DNA of 52,403 nt, the filler included, from Candidatus Zhuqueibacterota bacterium (lineage in GTDB: Bacteria > BS750m-G25), in assembly GCA_016783505.1 (NCBI GenBank). It is 4 parts of 4 records of this genome, joined end to end, with 100 filler letters (N's around TTAATTAATTAA, not from the genome) between each part and the next. Parts side by side here need not be neighbours in the genome. Positions count along the whole stretch, not along the records: positions 26,422 to 39,369 come from JADHWK010000062.1; 3 more parts are not named here. One strand, given 5' to 3'. Every line of letters starts with the position of its first letter. The stretch's first letter is position 1. A program made the position numbers and the translations under genes. Below are positions 27,313 to 37,594 of this stretch, piece by piece. The notes under the pieces were generated by a model. It searched no databases. It was not told where the DNA came from and was given only the letters and a program-made list of their open reading frames with translations.

Positions 27313-28794
27313 GTGATGAAAAAACATAACCTACTCTTTGTGGACGATGACCCGCAGACATTGAAGATGTTGAAGCAACTTTTTTCGGAGCAGGGGTATG
27401 GGGTGTTCATGGCCAATAGCGGCCCCGAGGCGCTGGGAAAAATGGCAGAAGCCGAAGTGGATTTGGTCTTAAGCGACAACCGCATGCCCGAAATGACAGG
27501 GGTGGAACTGTTTGAGAAAATCAAGAAGCAATATCCGGATGCCGTCCGTATCCTCTATACCGCCTATGCCGATATGGAGTCGGCAGCAGCAGCCATCAAC
27601 CGGGGGGATGTATATAAATACGTGCCCAAACCCTTCGACATTGACCAACTGAGGGTCATCGTTAGGCGGGCCCTGGAGCATCGGGATTCCGTCCTGGAAA
27701 ACCGGAGGTTGTTGCGGGGTCTGGAGAAAAAGGTTCAAGAGAGAACCCAGGAGCTGGCCTTTCTCTATGAGATCGGCAAGAGTTTGAGCCGTAATTTAGA
27801 TTTCCGGGACATCATTCAGACCACTTTTGACGAATTAAAGGGTACCATTGATTTTGACATCGGCGGCATCGCCGTCAAGGACAACGGCAAGCTGACTATT
27901 TTTGTGCGCACCGACTTCAACCTGTCCCGGGCCAACCAAAACCATATCAGGGATCATCTGGTTAAGAGCTTTAACAACTTTGAAAAGGAGATCGTAGCGG
28001 AGGAGGACATTGAATTTCGGATAACCAGCACGGACGTTCGGGTTGATCTGGCCCGGCTACCGGTGGAGTTGAGGAAGCCCAAAGGGTTTATCAACATTCC
28101 CCTCATCGCTGAAAAGGAGTTTATGGGCATCATACACATTTCCAGCTTAAGCCGCAGGAAATACCCGGCCGATGAGGTGCGGCTGCTTTCTACCGCCGGA
28201 AACAGCGTGGCCATCGCCCTGCAGAACGCCCGTTTATTCAATAAACTTGAAAAGCAGGCCACCCGGGATGGGTTAACGGGCATCTATAACCGCCGCTATT
28301 TCCAGGAGCATTTGGGGATGGAGATTTCCCGGGCGGAGAGGTTCGACGCTGATCTTTCCCTTCTGTTGATGGACATTGATTTCTTTAAAAGGATCAACGA
28401 TAGCTATGGGCATCAGAACGGTGATTACGTGTTAAAGGAAATTGCCAACCTGATTGTCCAAGCGGTTCGTTCCATTGATGTTCCTGCCCGGTATGGGGGG
28501 GAGGAATTTGCCGCCATCCTGCCGGGGACGGCCACAGAAGGGGCCGGGGTGATTGGGGAGAGGATTCGGAAGGCCGTCCAAGCCTTTCCCTTTCAGATGA
28601 CTGAGCTAGATGGCCCGGCCAAGAAAAAGAAGATCACCGTTACCATCAGTATGGGGGTTTCCTCCAAACTGCATTTTCGTAAGACCAACCCTGAGGAGCT
28701 GATCAAAAAGGCGGACCAGGCCCTGTATAAGGCCAAAGAACAGGGCCGAAATCAAATGGTGATTTTCGATGAAAGCCGTTTTGGTTCGGAGTAA
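27313..28794 (+). CDS. REC-GAF-GGDEF diguanylate cyclase
   Basis: VDDD/SDNRMP receiver, GAF region, DGLTGIYNRR, RSID I-site, GGEEF. Confidence 0.92.
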   Translation: MMKKHNLLFVDDDPQTLKMLKQLFSEQGYGVFMANSGPEALGKMAEAEVDLVLSDNRMPEMTGVELFEKIKKQYPDAVRILYTAYADMESAAAAINRGDVYKYVPKPFDIDQLRVIVRRALEHRDSVLENRRLLRGLEKKVQERTQELAFLYEIGKSLSRNLDFRDIIQTTFDELKGTIDFDIGGIAVKDNGKLTIFVRTDFNLSRANQNHIRDHLVKSFNNFEKEIVAEEDIEFRITSTDVRVDLARLPVELRKPKGFINIPLIAEKEFMGIIHISSLSRRKYPADEVRLLSTAGNSVAIALQNARLFNKLEKQATRDGLTGIYNRRYFQEHLGMEISRAERFDADLSLLLMDIDFFKRINDSYGHQNGDYVLKEIANLIVQAVRSIDVPARYGGEEFAAILPGTATEGAGVIGERIRKAVQAFPFQMTELDGPAKKKKITVTISMGVSSKLHFRKTNPEELIKKADQALYKAKEQGRNQMVIFDESRFGSE

Positions 28795-28805
28795 AAAAAG
28801 GAGAG

Positions 28806-29972
28806 GTGATGAAATTAGCGGAACGAATGAATAGGCTGGGAACGGAGACCGCCTTTGAGGTGTTGGCCAAGGCCAAGGCTCTGGAGGCCCAGGGGAAGGA
28901 GATTATTCATCTGGAAATTGGGGAGCCGGATTTTGACACCCCTGCGAATATCTGTGAGGCGGCTAAAAGGGCACTGGATGAGGGGTATACCCATTATGGG
29001 CCCTCGGCGGGGCTTCCGGCTCTGAGGGAGGCCATTGCCGAGGACATCTCCCGACGCCGGGGCATCCAGGTAAGCCCGGAACAGGTGGTGGTCACCCCGG
29101 GGGCCAAGCCCATCATGTTCTTTTCCCTTCTGGCCTGCGTGGATGAGGGGGATGAGGTCATCTATCCCAACCCCGGGTTTCCCATCTACGAATCCGTGAT
29201 CAATTTCCTCGGCGCCAAGGCCGTTCCCTTACAACTGAAGGAGGAGAAGGAATTTAGCTTTGACATGGATGACCTGCGAAAGATAATTTCTCCCAAGACC
29301 AAATTTATGATAATCAATTCTCCCCAGAACCCTACTGGAGGGGTTCTATCCCTGGAAGACTTGGAGGTCATCGCCGAACTGGCCATCGCCAACGATGTAA
29401 CCGTCCTCTCCGACGAGGTCTATTGCAACATTGTCTATGTGGGTGAACACCACAGCATCGCTACCGTACCGGGTATGGAGGAGCGGACGATTTTGCTGGA
29501 TGGGTTTTCTAAGACCTACGCCATGACCGGCTGGCGGCTCGGCTATGGGGTGATGTCCAAGCCCCTGGCGGAGCAGGTGGCCCGGCTGCAAACCAACTCT
29601 AATTCATGCACCAATTCCTTTGTCCAAATGGCGGGGGTGGAGGCCATAAGGGGACCCCAGGATGGGGTGGAGCGGATGGTGACTGAATTCAAGCGCCGCC
29701 GGGATGTCATCGTGGATGGGCTGAACGCCATCAGTGGGATTCGATGCCTGAAACCCAAAGGAGCCTTTTACGTTTTTCCCAACATCACCCAGCTTCCCTT
29801 GGGAAGTGAACAACTGGAGGACTATCTGCTAAACGAGGCCGGAGTGGCCACCCTTTCGGGGACCTCGTTCGGCAAATTCGGGGACGGATACCTGAGATTC
29901 TCTTACGCCAATTCGGTGGAGAATATCGAAAAGGCATTGGTGCGGATTGAAAAGGCCCTGGCTAAATTATAA
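28806..29972 (+). CDS. PLP-dependent aminotransferase class I/II (aspartate aminotransferase-like)
   Basis: GEPDF, NSPQNPTG, SDEVY, GFSKTYAMTGWRLGY. Confidence 0.92.
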   Translation: MMKLAERMNRLGTETAFEVLAKAKALEAQGKEIIHLEIGEPDFDTPANICEAAKRALDEGYTHYGPSAGLPALREAIAEDISRRRGIQVSPEQVVVTPGAKPIMFFSLLACVDEGDEVIYPNPGFPIYESVINFLGAKAVPLQLKEEKEFSFDMDDLRKIISPKTKFMIINSPQNPTGGVLSLEDLEVIAELAIANDVTVLSDEVYCNIVYVGEHHSIATVPGMEERTILLDGFSKTYAMTGWRLGYGVMSKPLAEQVARLQTNSNSCTNSFVQMAGVEAIRGPQDGVERMVTEFKRRRDVIVDGLNAISGIRCLKPKGAFYVFPNITQLPLGSEQLEDYLLNEAGVATLSGTSFGKFGDGYLRFSYANSVENIEKALVRIEKALAKL

Positions 29973-30085
29973 CCAAAAATATAACGGTTTACTACGAAAC
30001 TAAACAAGCGTTCAGCAATCAGCTATCAGCAATTAGCCATCTTTGTTCTCGAAGGTTCGGAATTAGGGACTGAATTGTTCCCAAA

Positions 30086-31207
30086 ATGAAACGTACCCCC
30101 CTTTACCAAGAGCATTTACGTCTGGGGGCCAAGATGGTGGGGTTCTCCGGCTGGGAGATGCCGGTGTGGTATCCCAGCGGCCAGTCGGCGGAACACCATG
30201 CTAATCGAAAGCGGTGCGGACTCTTCGACATCTGTCATATGGGGGAATTTGAGGCCTTCGGTAAGGATACCCTTGCCTTCTGGCAGCGGGTGTTGACCAA
30301 TGACATCCCCCGCATGGCCGATGGTCAGGCCATGTATAACTTCATGCTCAACCCCCAGGGGGGGGTCATTGATGACTGCATCCTCTACCGGTTCAACCCT
30401 GAACGGTGGATGCTGGTGGTGAACGCCGGGAATATTGAGACCGATTTTCAGTGGCTGCAGGAGAATAAAAGGGGGGATTTTCGTCTGGAAAACCGGAGTC
30501 AAGAGATTGCCAAGATTGACCTGCAAGGGCCTGCTGCCCCCAGGCTGATAACCCATTTGGTTGGGATGGATATAATACAGAATCTGAAATTCTTCCGGTT
30601 CTTACCAGACATAGGGGTTGGGAATGTGAGAGTGATTCTTTCCCGGACGGGGTATACGGGGGAGATCGGCTTTGAAATATACATCCCAGCGGCTAAGGCG
30701 GTTTCCCTGTGGAATTGCCTGCTTGAAGAGGGTAGGGATTCTGGACTGATGCCCTGCGGACTGGGGGCCCGGGATACCCTGCGGACCGAGGCCGGCCTTC
30801 CCCTGCACGGTCATGAAATTGATCCCAATCACCCCGCCCTGGGACACCCCTGGGAGTTCGTGTTTGCCTGGGGCACCGGTTTTATCGGTGAAGAGGTCCT
30901 GCAGAGTCAACTCAAAAGGGGCATTCCCCATTTCATCCAGGGGTTTCAACTGGACGGCCGCTCTAAGGCCATGAGGGGGTGGGTCGGTTATTTAGACGGG
31001 GAGGAAATAGGGGAGGTGACCACCGGGGTGATCTCCCCGACTTTAGGGAATAAACCCATTGGGTTTGTCCGACTTAATCGGAAGCTGGAAGTAGACACCC
31101 GGCTATCGTTTATGGAAAAGGGCAAAGGTCGAAGGTTAACCGGCCGGTTAGTTTCCACTCCCTTTGTCCCCCTGACATCCCGAAGAAAAATGGCCGATTT
31201 TGTATAG
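30086..31207 (+). CDS. gcvT: Glycine cleavage system aminomethyltransferase T
   Basis: KRTPLY..H, FSGWEMP, FDICHMG, SRTGYTGE.GFE, GLGARDTLRTEAG. Confidence 0.93.
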   Translation: MKRTPLYQEHLRLGAKMVGFSGWEMPVWYPSGQSAEHHANRKRCGLFDICHMGEFEAFGKDTLAFWQRVLTNDIPRMADGQAMYNFMLNPQGGVIDDCILYRFNPERWMLVVNAGNIETDFQWLQENKRGDFRLENRSQEIAKIDLQGPAAPRLITHLVGMDIIQNLKFFRFLPDIGVGNVRVILSRTGYTGEIGFEIYIPAAKAVSLWNCLLEEGRDSGLMPCGLGARDTLRTEAGLPLHGHEIDPNHPALGHPWEFVFAWGTGFIGEEVLQSQLKRGIPHFIQGFQLDGRSKAMRGWVGYLDGEEIGEVTTGVISPTLGNKPIGFVRLNRKLEVDTRLSFMEKGKGRRLTGRLVSTPFVPLTSRRKMADFV

Positions 31208-31219
31208 TATTACCAAGCT

Positions 31220-31675
31220 ATGAATTCTCAGGAAAATGTTAGCTCAACAGGGTCAGGGAAGGACAGAATTTATCGTGTCCTGGATGCCAACCTGAACCGG
31301 GCCCGGGAAGGCCTGAGGGTGGTTGAGGAGGTCGTCCGGTTGATCTGGGATGATCCCACCCTAACCGAGGAAGTAAAGGGGATTCGCCACCGGATCAATA
31401 GAGCCATTGAACCTTATACCGGACTTACGGAGAAGTTAATTCGGGGGCGGGACAGCGCTGGGGACGTGGGGAAGGGGTTTAGTAAGGTTGAGGAACGTTC
31501 CCATCAGAATGAAGAAAGCCTGGTTTCGGCCAACCTGAAACGGGTTCAGGAAGCCTTGCGGGTCCTTGAAGAGTTCAGTAAAGGGATTGACCAAGGGATG
31601 CCTTCCCGATTCAAAAAACTGAGATTTGAGGTTTACGACCTTGAAAAGAAAATAATCCTTAACTTAAAGTTATAA
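31220..31675 (+). CDS. Stand-alone N-terminal helical domain of cyanobacterial-type ThiE
   Basis: RVLDANLNRAREGLRVVEE and ANLKRVQEALRVLEEFSK. Confidence 0.85.
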   Translation: MNSQENVSSTGSGKDRIYRVLDANLNRAREGLRVVEEVVRLIWDDPTLTEEVKGIRHRINRAIEPYTGLTEKLIRGRDSAGDVGKGFSKVEERSHQNEESLVSANLKRVQEALRVLEEFSKGIDQGMPSRFKKLRFEVYDLEKKIILNLKL

Positions 31676-31838
31676 TTAAAGTAAGATCCCTAATTCCGTT
31701 GCTTTTTATCATTTAGGAGTTATTCCGTAAGGATTTTATATTTTTAATAATCAGATAGATACATTAAAAGGCTTACGCCTTAACTCCTTTAAGACCCGTG
31801 CTTTTTGGGGTTTCCAGACTAACATCTGGCCAAGAAAA

Positions 31839-32492
31839 ATGGGGGTAAGGATGAGTTTATCCTTTGATTTTGCTTTCTATCCTATTATTGATCAGAAATT
31901 AATCGGTAATAGAAGCTTGAATGGAATTGTAAATAATCTGATTTCTGGAGGAGTCCGAATCCTGCAGTTGCGAGTAAAGGAGGGGGCCGCGGCCCAATTT
32001 TATAGTCTGGCGAAGCGGGTTAGGGAGCTGACCCTCACCTCATCGGTAAAGTTTATTCTCAATGATCGGCTGGACATCGCCCTGGCGGTGGGTGCCGACG
32101 GGGTTCATCTGGGGGATGAAGATTTGCCAATCCGGGAGGCACGCCGGCTGGCGGGGGGGGATTTTATCATCGGGGCGACGGTCAGGGACGGACAAATGGC
32201 TGTGGAAGCCGAGCGGGCCGGGGCAACGTATGTCGGCCTTGGTCCCATTTTTAATACGAACACCAAGAATGCCGGTAGCCCATTGGGTACGAATATCATT
32301 CCCAGAGTGAAAGAGAGATGCGCCCTTCCGGTTATTGCCATCGGGGGAATAAACCTGGAACGGGTTGAAAGGGTCTTACGGGCCGGCGCAGACGGGATAG
32401 CGGTGATCTCAGACCTTTTATGCAGCCCCAACATAAAAGGGAAAACCCAGCAGTATATCCAAAAAATTAAAGTTCTTAAACATGGAGTATGA
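31839..32492 (+). CDS. thiE: Thiamine-phosphate synthase
   Basis: QLRVK, ILNDR.DIA, GVHLG.ED, AIGGI, AVIS. Confidence 0.92.
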   Translation: MGVRMSLSFDFAFYPIIDQKLIGNRSLNGIVNNLISGGVRILQLRVKEGAAAQFYSLAKRVRELTLTSSVKFILNDRLDIALAVGADGVHLGDEDLPIREARRLAGGDFIIGATVRDGQMAVEAERAGATYVGLGPIFNTNTKNAGSPLGTNIIPRVKERCALPVIAIGGINLERVERVLRAGADGIAVISDLLCSPNIKGKTQQYIQKIKVLKHGV

Positions 32493-32504
32493 TAAAAAAT
32501 TCTC

Positions 32505-32533
32505 TTGAAAATTTCCTTTTTATTGGCTATATT
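32505..32533 (+). promoter_or_regulatory. Sigma70-type promoter upstream of ftsK leader
   Basis: TTGAAA-N17-TATATT. Confidence 0.5.
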
Positions 32534-32648
32534 GTAAACACAACTAAACTAATATTTGAACTTGCATTGGACACTTAGGCGATCCCATTCGTTTTTGAAC
32601 CGAATGTAGGGCTAATGTTCGGTTTTTTTTGTTTAAGAGCTGCCTGGA

Positions 32649-34919
32649 ATGCGTAGAAAAATGGCCACCCGGGTAAAGGTCCGGGAGCATAAGGGGGATA
32701 AAGATCGGGAAATCTGGGGTATTCTTTTGATCTTTGCTTCCCTCATTTTGTTTTTATTTTTGGTCACCTACGGCCTTCAGGATCAGACTACCGGGAAGAA
32801 GGTCATCGGAAGGGTCGGTGAGGGGGTGTCCTTTTATTTGGTGAACTTTGGTTTTGGTTACTGGATGTCCTTTGTCATTCCCCTTCTTTTGTTCTACTGG
32901 GGGTTGCAGAGGCTTCGAAAAGGGATGGTCAAAAGGACCCTGGTCGTTTCCGGGGGACTGTTGGTGTTAGCCGGTTCTGTTTCTGTCTCCTTAGCCATTT
33001 TTCGGCAATACAAGGGGTTTACTGAAAGCTGGGAGACCAACGGTCTTTTGGGCTCGTTTTTTGCCGATCAATTATTGAAGTATTTTGGCTATTTGGGGAG
33101 TTGTCTTGTTTTAGCAGCCCTGCTGGTGATGGTTGTTACCCAGACCTTTCGCCTCCCCCTCTCCGGTTTATTCGCCGCTATTGGGTCTTTTTTGACAGAA
33201 ATGAGATACCGCTATCGGCTAAACGCCAGGATCAGGCGGGAGGAGCGGGTTAAGAAAAAGTCCCTGCGGGCCCTGGCGAAAAAAGAACGGGTGGCGAGGA
33301 AAAGAAAACGGAGGGCGGAAAAGGCAGCTGTGATTGAAGGGCTCGAGGAGGGGGGGGTGGAAAAAGGTAAAAAGGTGGATGAGAAAATTGCCACGGAGCC
33401 CATGCCCTCCCCCGAGCTGGAGGGGATTTCGGTTAGCGAGGGGGTCGGTGGTCCAGGGCAATATATCTTTCCTCCCCTGGATCTATTGAAATCCCCCTCC
33501 CGGGCTGATACTGGGGTAACCACCGAGGAGATGGATGAAAACGCCGCCATCATCGAGACCAAACTCGGGGATTTTGGTGTGGAGGCCCGGGTGGTGAGGG
33601 TTTCCCCGGGGCCGGTGGTGACCCGGTTCGAGGTGGAACCGGCCCCCGGGGTCAAGGTCAGCCGGATCGTCAGCCTTGCCGACGATTTGGCCTTAGCCAT
33701 GCGGGCCAAGCGCATCCGGATCGTAGCCCCCATCCCCGGCCATGCGGCGGTGGGAATTGAAATCCCCAATCGTCACCCGGAGACCGTATATTTGCGGGAA
33801 ATTATCGGTTCTCCTGAGTTCCAGGGGTTAAAATCCCTGCTTTCCTTCGCCGTGGGCAAGACTATCTCCGGTGATATTTACTGCGCCGACCTCAAACAGA
33901 TGCCCCATCTTTTGATCGCCGGGGCAACCGGGTCGGGAAAGAGCGTATGTATTCATGCCATTATTGCCTCCATTCTCTATCGGGCGCGACCCGACGAGGT
34001 CCAATTTGTCATGATTGACCCTAAACGGCTGGAGCTAACCTCCTATTCCAAACTTAAAAATCATCACCTGACAGTCCGGGATGACCTGGAAGAGGGGGTG
34101 GTCACCCACTATAAGAATGCGGTCAAAATACTCCAGAGCGTTGAAGGGCAGATGGCTAAGCGGTATCGGCTGCTGTCTGCGGCCGGGGTGCGCAATATTG
34201 ATGAATACAACCAAGCTATTGACTCTGGGAGGGAGTTGCCGGCGGTGGAGGGGATAGACCACCACCGGTTGGTCTACCTGGTCATCATCGTAGATGAACT
34301 GGCCGACCTCATGCTGGTGGCGGCCAAGTCCATCGAAGAACCCATCACCCGGCTGGCCCAGATGTCCCGGGCAGTGGGCATCCATCTCATTCTGGCCACC
34401 CAGAGGCCCTCAGTGGATGTGATCACCGGTGTGATCAAGGCCAACTTTCCGACTAGAATGGCCTTTCAGGTGGCCTCTAAGGTGGATTCCCGCACTATCT
34501 TAGACCTGAACGGGGCGGAGAAGTTGTTGGGGAAGGGGGACATGCTGTTTTTGCCCCCGGGACAGCCGGAACCGATCCGTATTCACAGCGCCCTAATAAC
34601 GAGCGAGGAGATTGACCGGATTATATCCCACGTGATAGCCCAGCCCACCGATTTTGACAAATTGATCCTCGGGGAGAAGGAGGGCGAGGAAAAAGTGGGA
34701 ATGATCGGTGAGGTCGGGCAGGACGAACTTTTTGAGGAGGCGAAAGGGCTGGTCATTCGCCATCAGCAGGGTTCAATCTCCCTGCTTCAGCGAAGGTTAA
34801 AGATCGGCTACGCCCGCGCCGCCCGCCTCATTGACGAACTGGAGGCAGCAGGTGTAGTGGGCCCCTTCGATGGTAGCAAGGCCCGGGAGGTGTTGGTTGG
34901 ACCCGATTCTTTGGAATAA
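32649..34919 (+). CDS. ftsK: DNA translocase FtsK
   Basis: N-terminal TMs, GPVVTRFE, MPHLLIAGATGSGKS, ATQRPSVDV, gamma domain LQRRLKIGYARAARL. Confidence 0.96.
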   Translation: MRRKMATRVKVREHKGDKDREIWGILLIFASLILFLFLVTYGLQDQTTGKKVIGRVGEGVSFYLVNFGFGYWMSFVIPLLLFYWGLQRLRKGMVKRTLVVSGGLLVLAGSVSVSLAIFRQYKGFTESWETNGLLGSFFADQLLKYFGYLGSCLVLAALLVMVVTQTFRLPLSGLFAAIGSFLTEMRYRYRLNARIRREERVKKKSLRALAKKERVARKRKRRAEKAAVIEGLEEGGVEKGKKVDEKIATEPMPSPELEGISVSEGVGGPGQYIFPPLDLLKSPSRADTGVTTEEMDENAAIIETKLGDFGVEARVVRVSPGPVVTRFEVEPAPGVKVSRIVSLADDLALAMRAKRIRIVAPIPGHAAVGIEIPNRHPETVYLREIIGSPEFQGLKSLLSFAVGKTISGDIYCADLKQMPHLLIAGATGSGKSVCIHAIIASILYRARPDEVQFVMIDPKRLELTSYSKLKNHHLTVRDDLEEGVVTHYKNAVKILQSVEGQMAKRYRLLSAAGVRNIDEYNQAIDSGRELPAVEGIDHHRLVYLVIIVDELADLMLVAAKSIEEPITRLAQMSRAVGIHLILATQRPSVDVITGVIKANFPTRMAFQVASKVDSRTILDLNGAEKLLGKGDMLFLPPGQPEPIRIHSALITSEEIDRIISHVIAQPTDFDKLILGEKEGEEKVGMIGEVGQDELFEEAKGLVIRHQQGSISLLQRRLKIGYARAARLIDELEAAGVVGPFDGSKAREVLVGPDSLE

Positions 34920-34955
34920 TAAAGAGTAAAGTTTAGTTGAAGGGAGGGAAGTATC

Positions 34956-35132
34956 ATGATCAAAATTAAATTTAATTCTGACCAGGATAGAATCAATGGG
35001 TTTTATGAATTAGCCACTAAGGGAAAGGGCAGGAGCCTTCCAAATGGTATTTTTGAAATTGCCAATCGCTATCTAAAAATATTAAACACCGCCGGCATTT
35101 CTTACCGTATAATTGCTGATGAGGAAGAATAG
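34956..35132 (+). CDS. Small hypothetical protein (58 aa, MIKIKFNSDQDRINGFYELA...)
   Basis: GGAGGG RBS; fills the ftsK-lolA gap; below the ORF-track size cut-off. Confidence 0.6.
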   Translation: MIKIKFNSDQDRINGFYELATKGKGRSLPNGIFEIANRYLKILNTAGISYRIIADEEE

Positions 35133-35147
35133 AGGTAATTTAACTTT

Positions 35148-35807
35148 ATGCAGTCAGAAACGAAAACGATTAAAGGTGTACTTTTCTCCCTGATCGGCTG
35201 TTTGTTGTTTTTGAGATCTATAGCCGGTTTCGGCATCACGGGGGAAGATGTCATCAATAAAGTTCAATATAGGTTTAAAAAACTAAAGACCTTTCAGGCG
35301 GATTTTAAACAGGTTTTCGAGTGGAAATTGGCGGGGGAGACCCAGATTCTGACGGGGAAGATTTACCTTAAAAAGGACGATAAGTTCAGGCTGGAAACGG
35401 AGGATCAAATCTTCGTCTCTGACGGGAAGCTTATCTGGCAATATTCCTACCTTACCGATCAGGTCATCGTCGAAGAGATCAAGAAAACTCCCGATAGCCT
35501 TCTACCCCGGGACCTTATCTTTGAGTATCCCAAAAGGTTTGGGGTCGAGAGCTGCCAGCGACTGAGGGAGGGAAAGAAGCGTTATTTTCTCCTGGAAATG
35601 TCCCCCCTCAAAGCCGAAGGATTTATTGAGAATTTGAAGGTTTGGGTGGATGAAAAAGAATACATTACCCGACGGATTGAATTTGTTGACATTAATGAAA
35701 ACAAAACAGTCTACCAACTGGATAACGTCATACTCAACAGTAAAATAGATGATTACCTGTTTAAGTTTCATCCCCCTGAAGGGGCAGAGCTGATCGATTT
35801 GAGATGA
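35148..35807 (+). CDS. lolA: Outer-membrane lipoprotein carrier LolA family
   Basis: FQADFKQ..GKIYLKK..KFRL..VSDGK.IWQY..QV; F.F.PPEGAELID; downstream of ftsK. Confidence 0.85.
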   Translation: MQSETKTIKGVLFSLIGCLLFLRSIAGFGITGEDVINKVQYRFKKLKTFQADFKQVFEWKLAGETQILTGKIYLKKDDKFRLETEDQIFVSDGKLIWQYSYLTDQVIVEEIKKTPDSLLPRDLIFEYPKRFGVESCQRLREGKKRYFLLEMSPLKAEGFIENLKVWVDEKEYITRRIEFVDINENKTVYQLDNVILNSKIDDYLFKFHPPEGAELIDLR

Positions 35808-35828
35808 TTTGTTTGAGCATATGGACTA

Positions 35829-36848
35829 ATGATGGTTCAAAATACCAAACGGATAGTCAGGTTTGTTGCTGGAATCGGGATCAGTCTATTGTTTTTATAT
35901 TTAGTATTCCGAAGAATTGATTTAGGGGAATTCATAAGAGCGCTTTCCCAGATTAACTATGGCTTGGTGCTATTGGCTATGGCTATATTGCTGGTGAGCG
36001 TGTGGGTTAGGGCGGTGCGTTGGAGAATTCTGCTATTACGTTTTGAGCGCATTAATACCTTTTCCTTGTTTTCAGCAACCATGATTGGGTATATGGGCAA
36101 CAACGTACTTCCCTTTAGATTTGGTGAATTTATGCGGGCTTATGTGGTGCGGAAGCAATCATCAACTTCCTTCAGCGGGTCTTTTGCTACCATTGTAATG
36201 GAAAGAATCATAGATTTTATTTCTTTCTTCTTTTTCATAGGGGTTATTTTTTTGTTTCTACCCATTACTTCCTGGAGTCAAACCATAGGTGGTGTAGGAT
36301 TGGTCTTAGTGGTTCTGTTTTTCATTGTAGTCTATTTTCTGAACCGACAGAAAGAAAAGATTCAAAAGTGGCAATTGGAGTGGAAGGGGAAATTGGAACA
36401 GAGGGGTAAGCATAGAATTGCTGATATTTTCAATTCTTTGATCAAAGGAGCAGAATCGTTGTGGGATAATCCTCAACCTGTATTGACTATTGGTATATCC
36501 ATTCTACTCTGGATTATGTATTTTTTTACGCATCTCCTTGTATTGCAATCTTTCAATTTTGACATTAACCTGTTGCATGCGATTAAGGCAACTTTGATTT
36601 TATTGATGGCTACGACATTAGCTATTTCCATACCCTCAGCGCCAGGTTACATTGGTACCTCTCATGGAGCCCTTGTTTGGGCGCTGGCTTTGATGGCTGT
36701 TGGAAGTGAGAATACCCGCGCCGCCTTTTCAGTGATAGCGCATATGGTCGGGTTTTTACCCTTGACCATCGGGGGGTTATTATTCTTGCTCAGGGGGCAA
36801 CTATCTTTGCGCGAAATGAAAGCCCTGGAGCTTGACAGATCAGATTAA
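35829..36848 (+). CDS. Lysylphosphatidylglycerol synthase TM-region (flippase-like) protein
   Basis: RAVRW, GYMGNNVLPFRFGEFMR, ERIID, PSAPGYIG. Confidence 0.88.
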   Translation: MMVQNTKRIVRFVAGIGISLLFLYLVFRRIDLGEFIRALSQINYGLVLLAMAILLVSVWVRAVRWRILLLRFERINTFSLFSATMIGYMGNNVLPFRFGEFMRAYVVRKQSSTSFSGSFATIVMERIIDFISFFFFIGVIFLFLPITSWSQTIGGVGLVLVVLFFIVVYFLNRQKEKIQKWQLEWKGKLEQRGKHRIADIFNSLIKGAESLWDNPQPVLTIGISILLWIMYFFTHLLVLQSFNFDINLLHAIKATLILLMATTLAISIPSAPGYIGTSHGALVWALALMAVGSENTRAAFSVIAHMVGFLPLTIGGLLFLLRGQLSLREMKALELDRSD

Positions 36849-36865
36849 CTCTAAGGGTAAATTGA

Positions 36866-37594
36866 TTGCGAATGATTGACATTCACAGTCACCTTCTTCC
36901 CGGGGTGGACGACGGCCCCCAGGATTTTGACGAGGCCCTGGAGATGCTTCGGGGAGCCGAGAGAGAGGGTATTATCGGGGTGGCAGCCACCCCCCACATA
37001 TTAGACGGTATGTCTCCCCAGTTAGACCGTCAGATTGGGGATCAGTTTGATAGACTTAAGGGAAAGGTCGAAGAAGCAGGTATTGCTGTCCGTCTGTATT
37101 TAGCTTCCGAAATCTACCTCAGGGTTGGATTGGAGGGGTTGGGTCGGTATCGGTGCGGAACGTATAACGGGGAAAAATGCTATGTCTTAGTGGAATTTCC
37201 CCTCTATGACCTTCCCCCGGGATACGAGGGGGAGATGATGCGCTTGCTTGGGGTGGGGTTGAAGCCCATCGTGGCCCATCCTGAGCGCAACCTGAAAGTG
37301 TTGGCCCGTCCTGAAATTCTGAAAAACCTGGTAAATAAAGGGATTCTGTTTCAGATCAACGCCGGTAGTCTGACGGGGATGTTCGGGTCCACGGTACGGG
37401 GGGTTGCCGCGAAGCTGCTTGAGGCTGGGTGGGTGCATTTCATCGCCTCCGACGCCCACGACCCCCGATTCAGACCCCTCAAATTGAAGAAGGCCCGGGA
37501 TATGGCCGCAAAGCTGTTAACCCCCCAAAAAGCCGATGAGCTGGTGTATCATAATCCGTTAAAGGTAATATCGGGAAAAAACTTAGCTTGGTGA
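36866..37594 (+). CDS. CpsB/CapC-family PHP tyrosine phosphatase
   Basis: DIHSHLLPGVDDG, ATPH, AHPERN, ASDAH. Confidence 0.92.
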   Translation: MRMIDIHSHLLPGVDDGPQDFDEALEMLRGAEREGIIGVAATPHILDGMSPQLDRQIGDQFDRLKGKVEEAGIAVRLYLASEIYLRVGLEGLGRYRCGTYNGEKCYVLVEFPLYDLPPGYEGEMMRLLGVGLKPIVAHPERNLKVLARPEILKNLVNKGILFQINAGSLTGMFGSTVRGVAAKLLEAGWVHFIASDAHDPRFRPLKLKKARDMAAKLLTPQKADELVYHNPLKVISGKNLAW

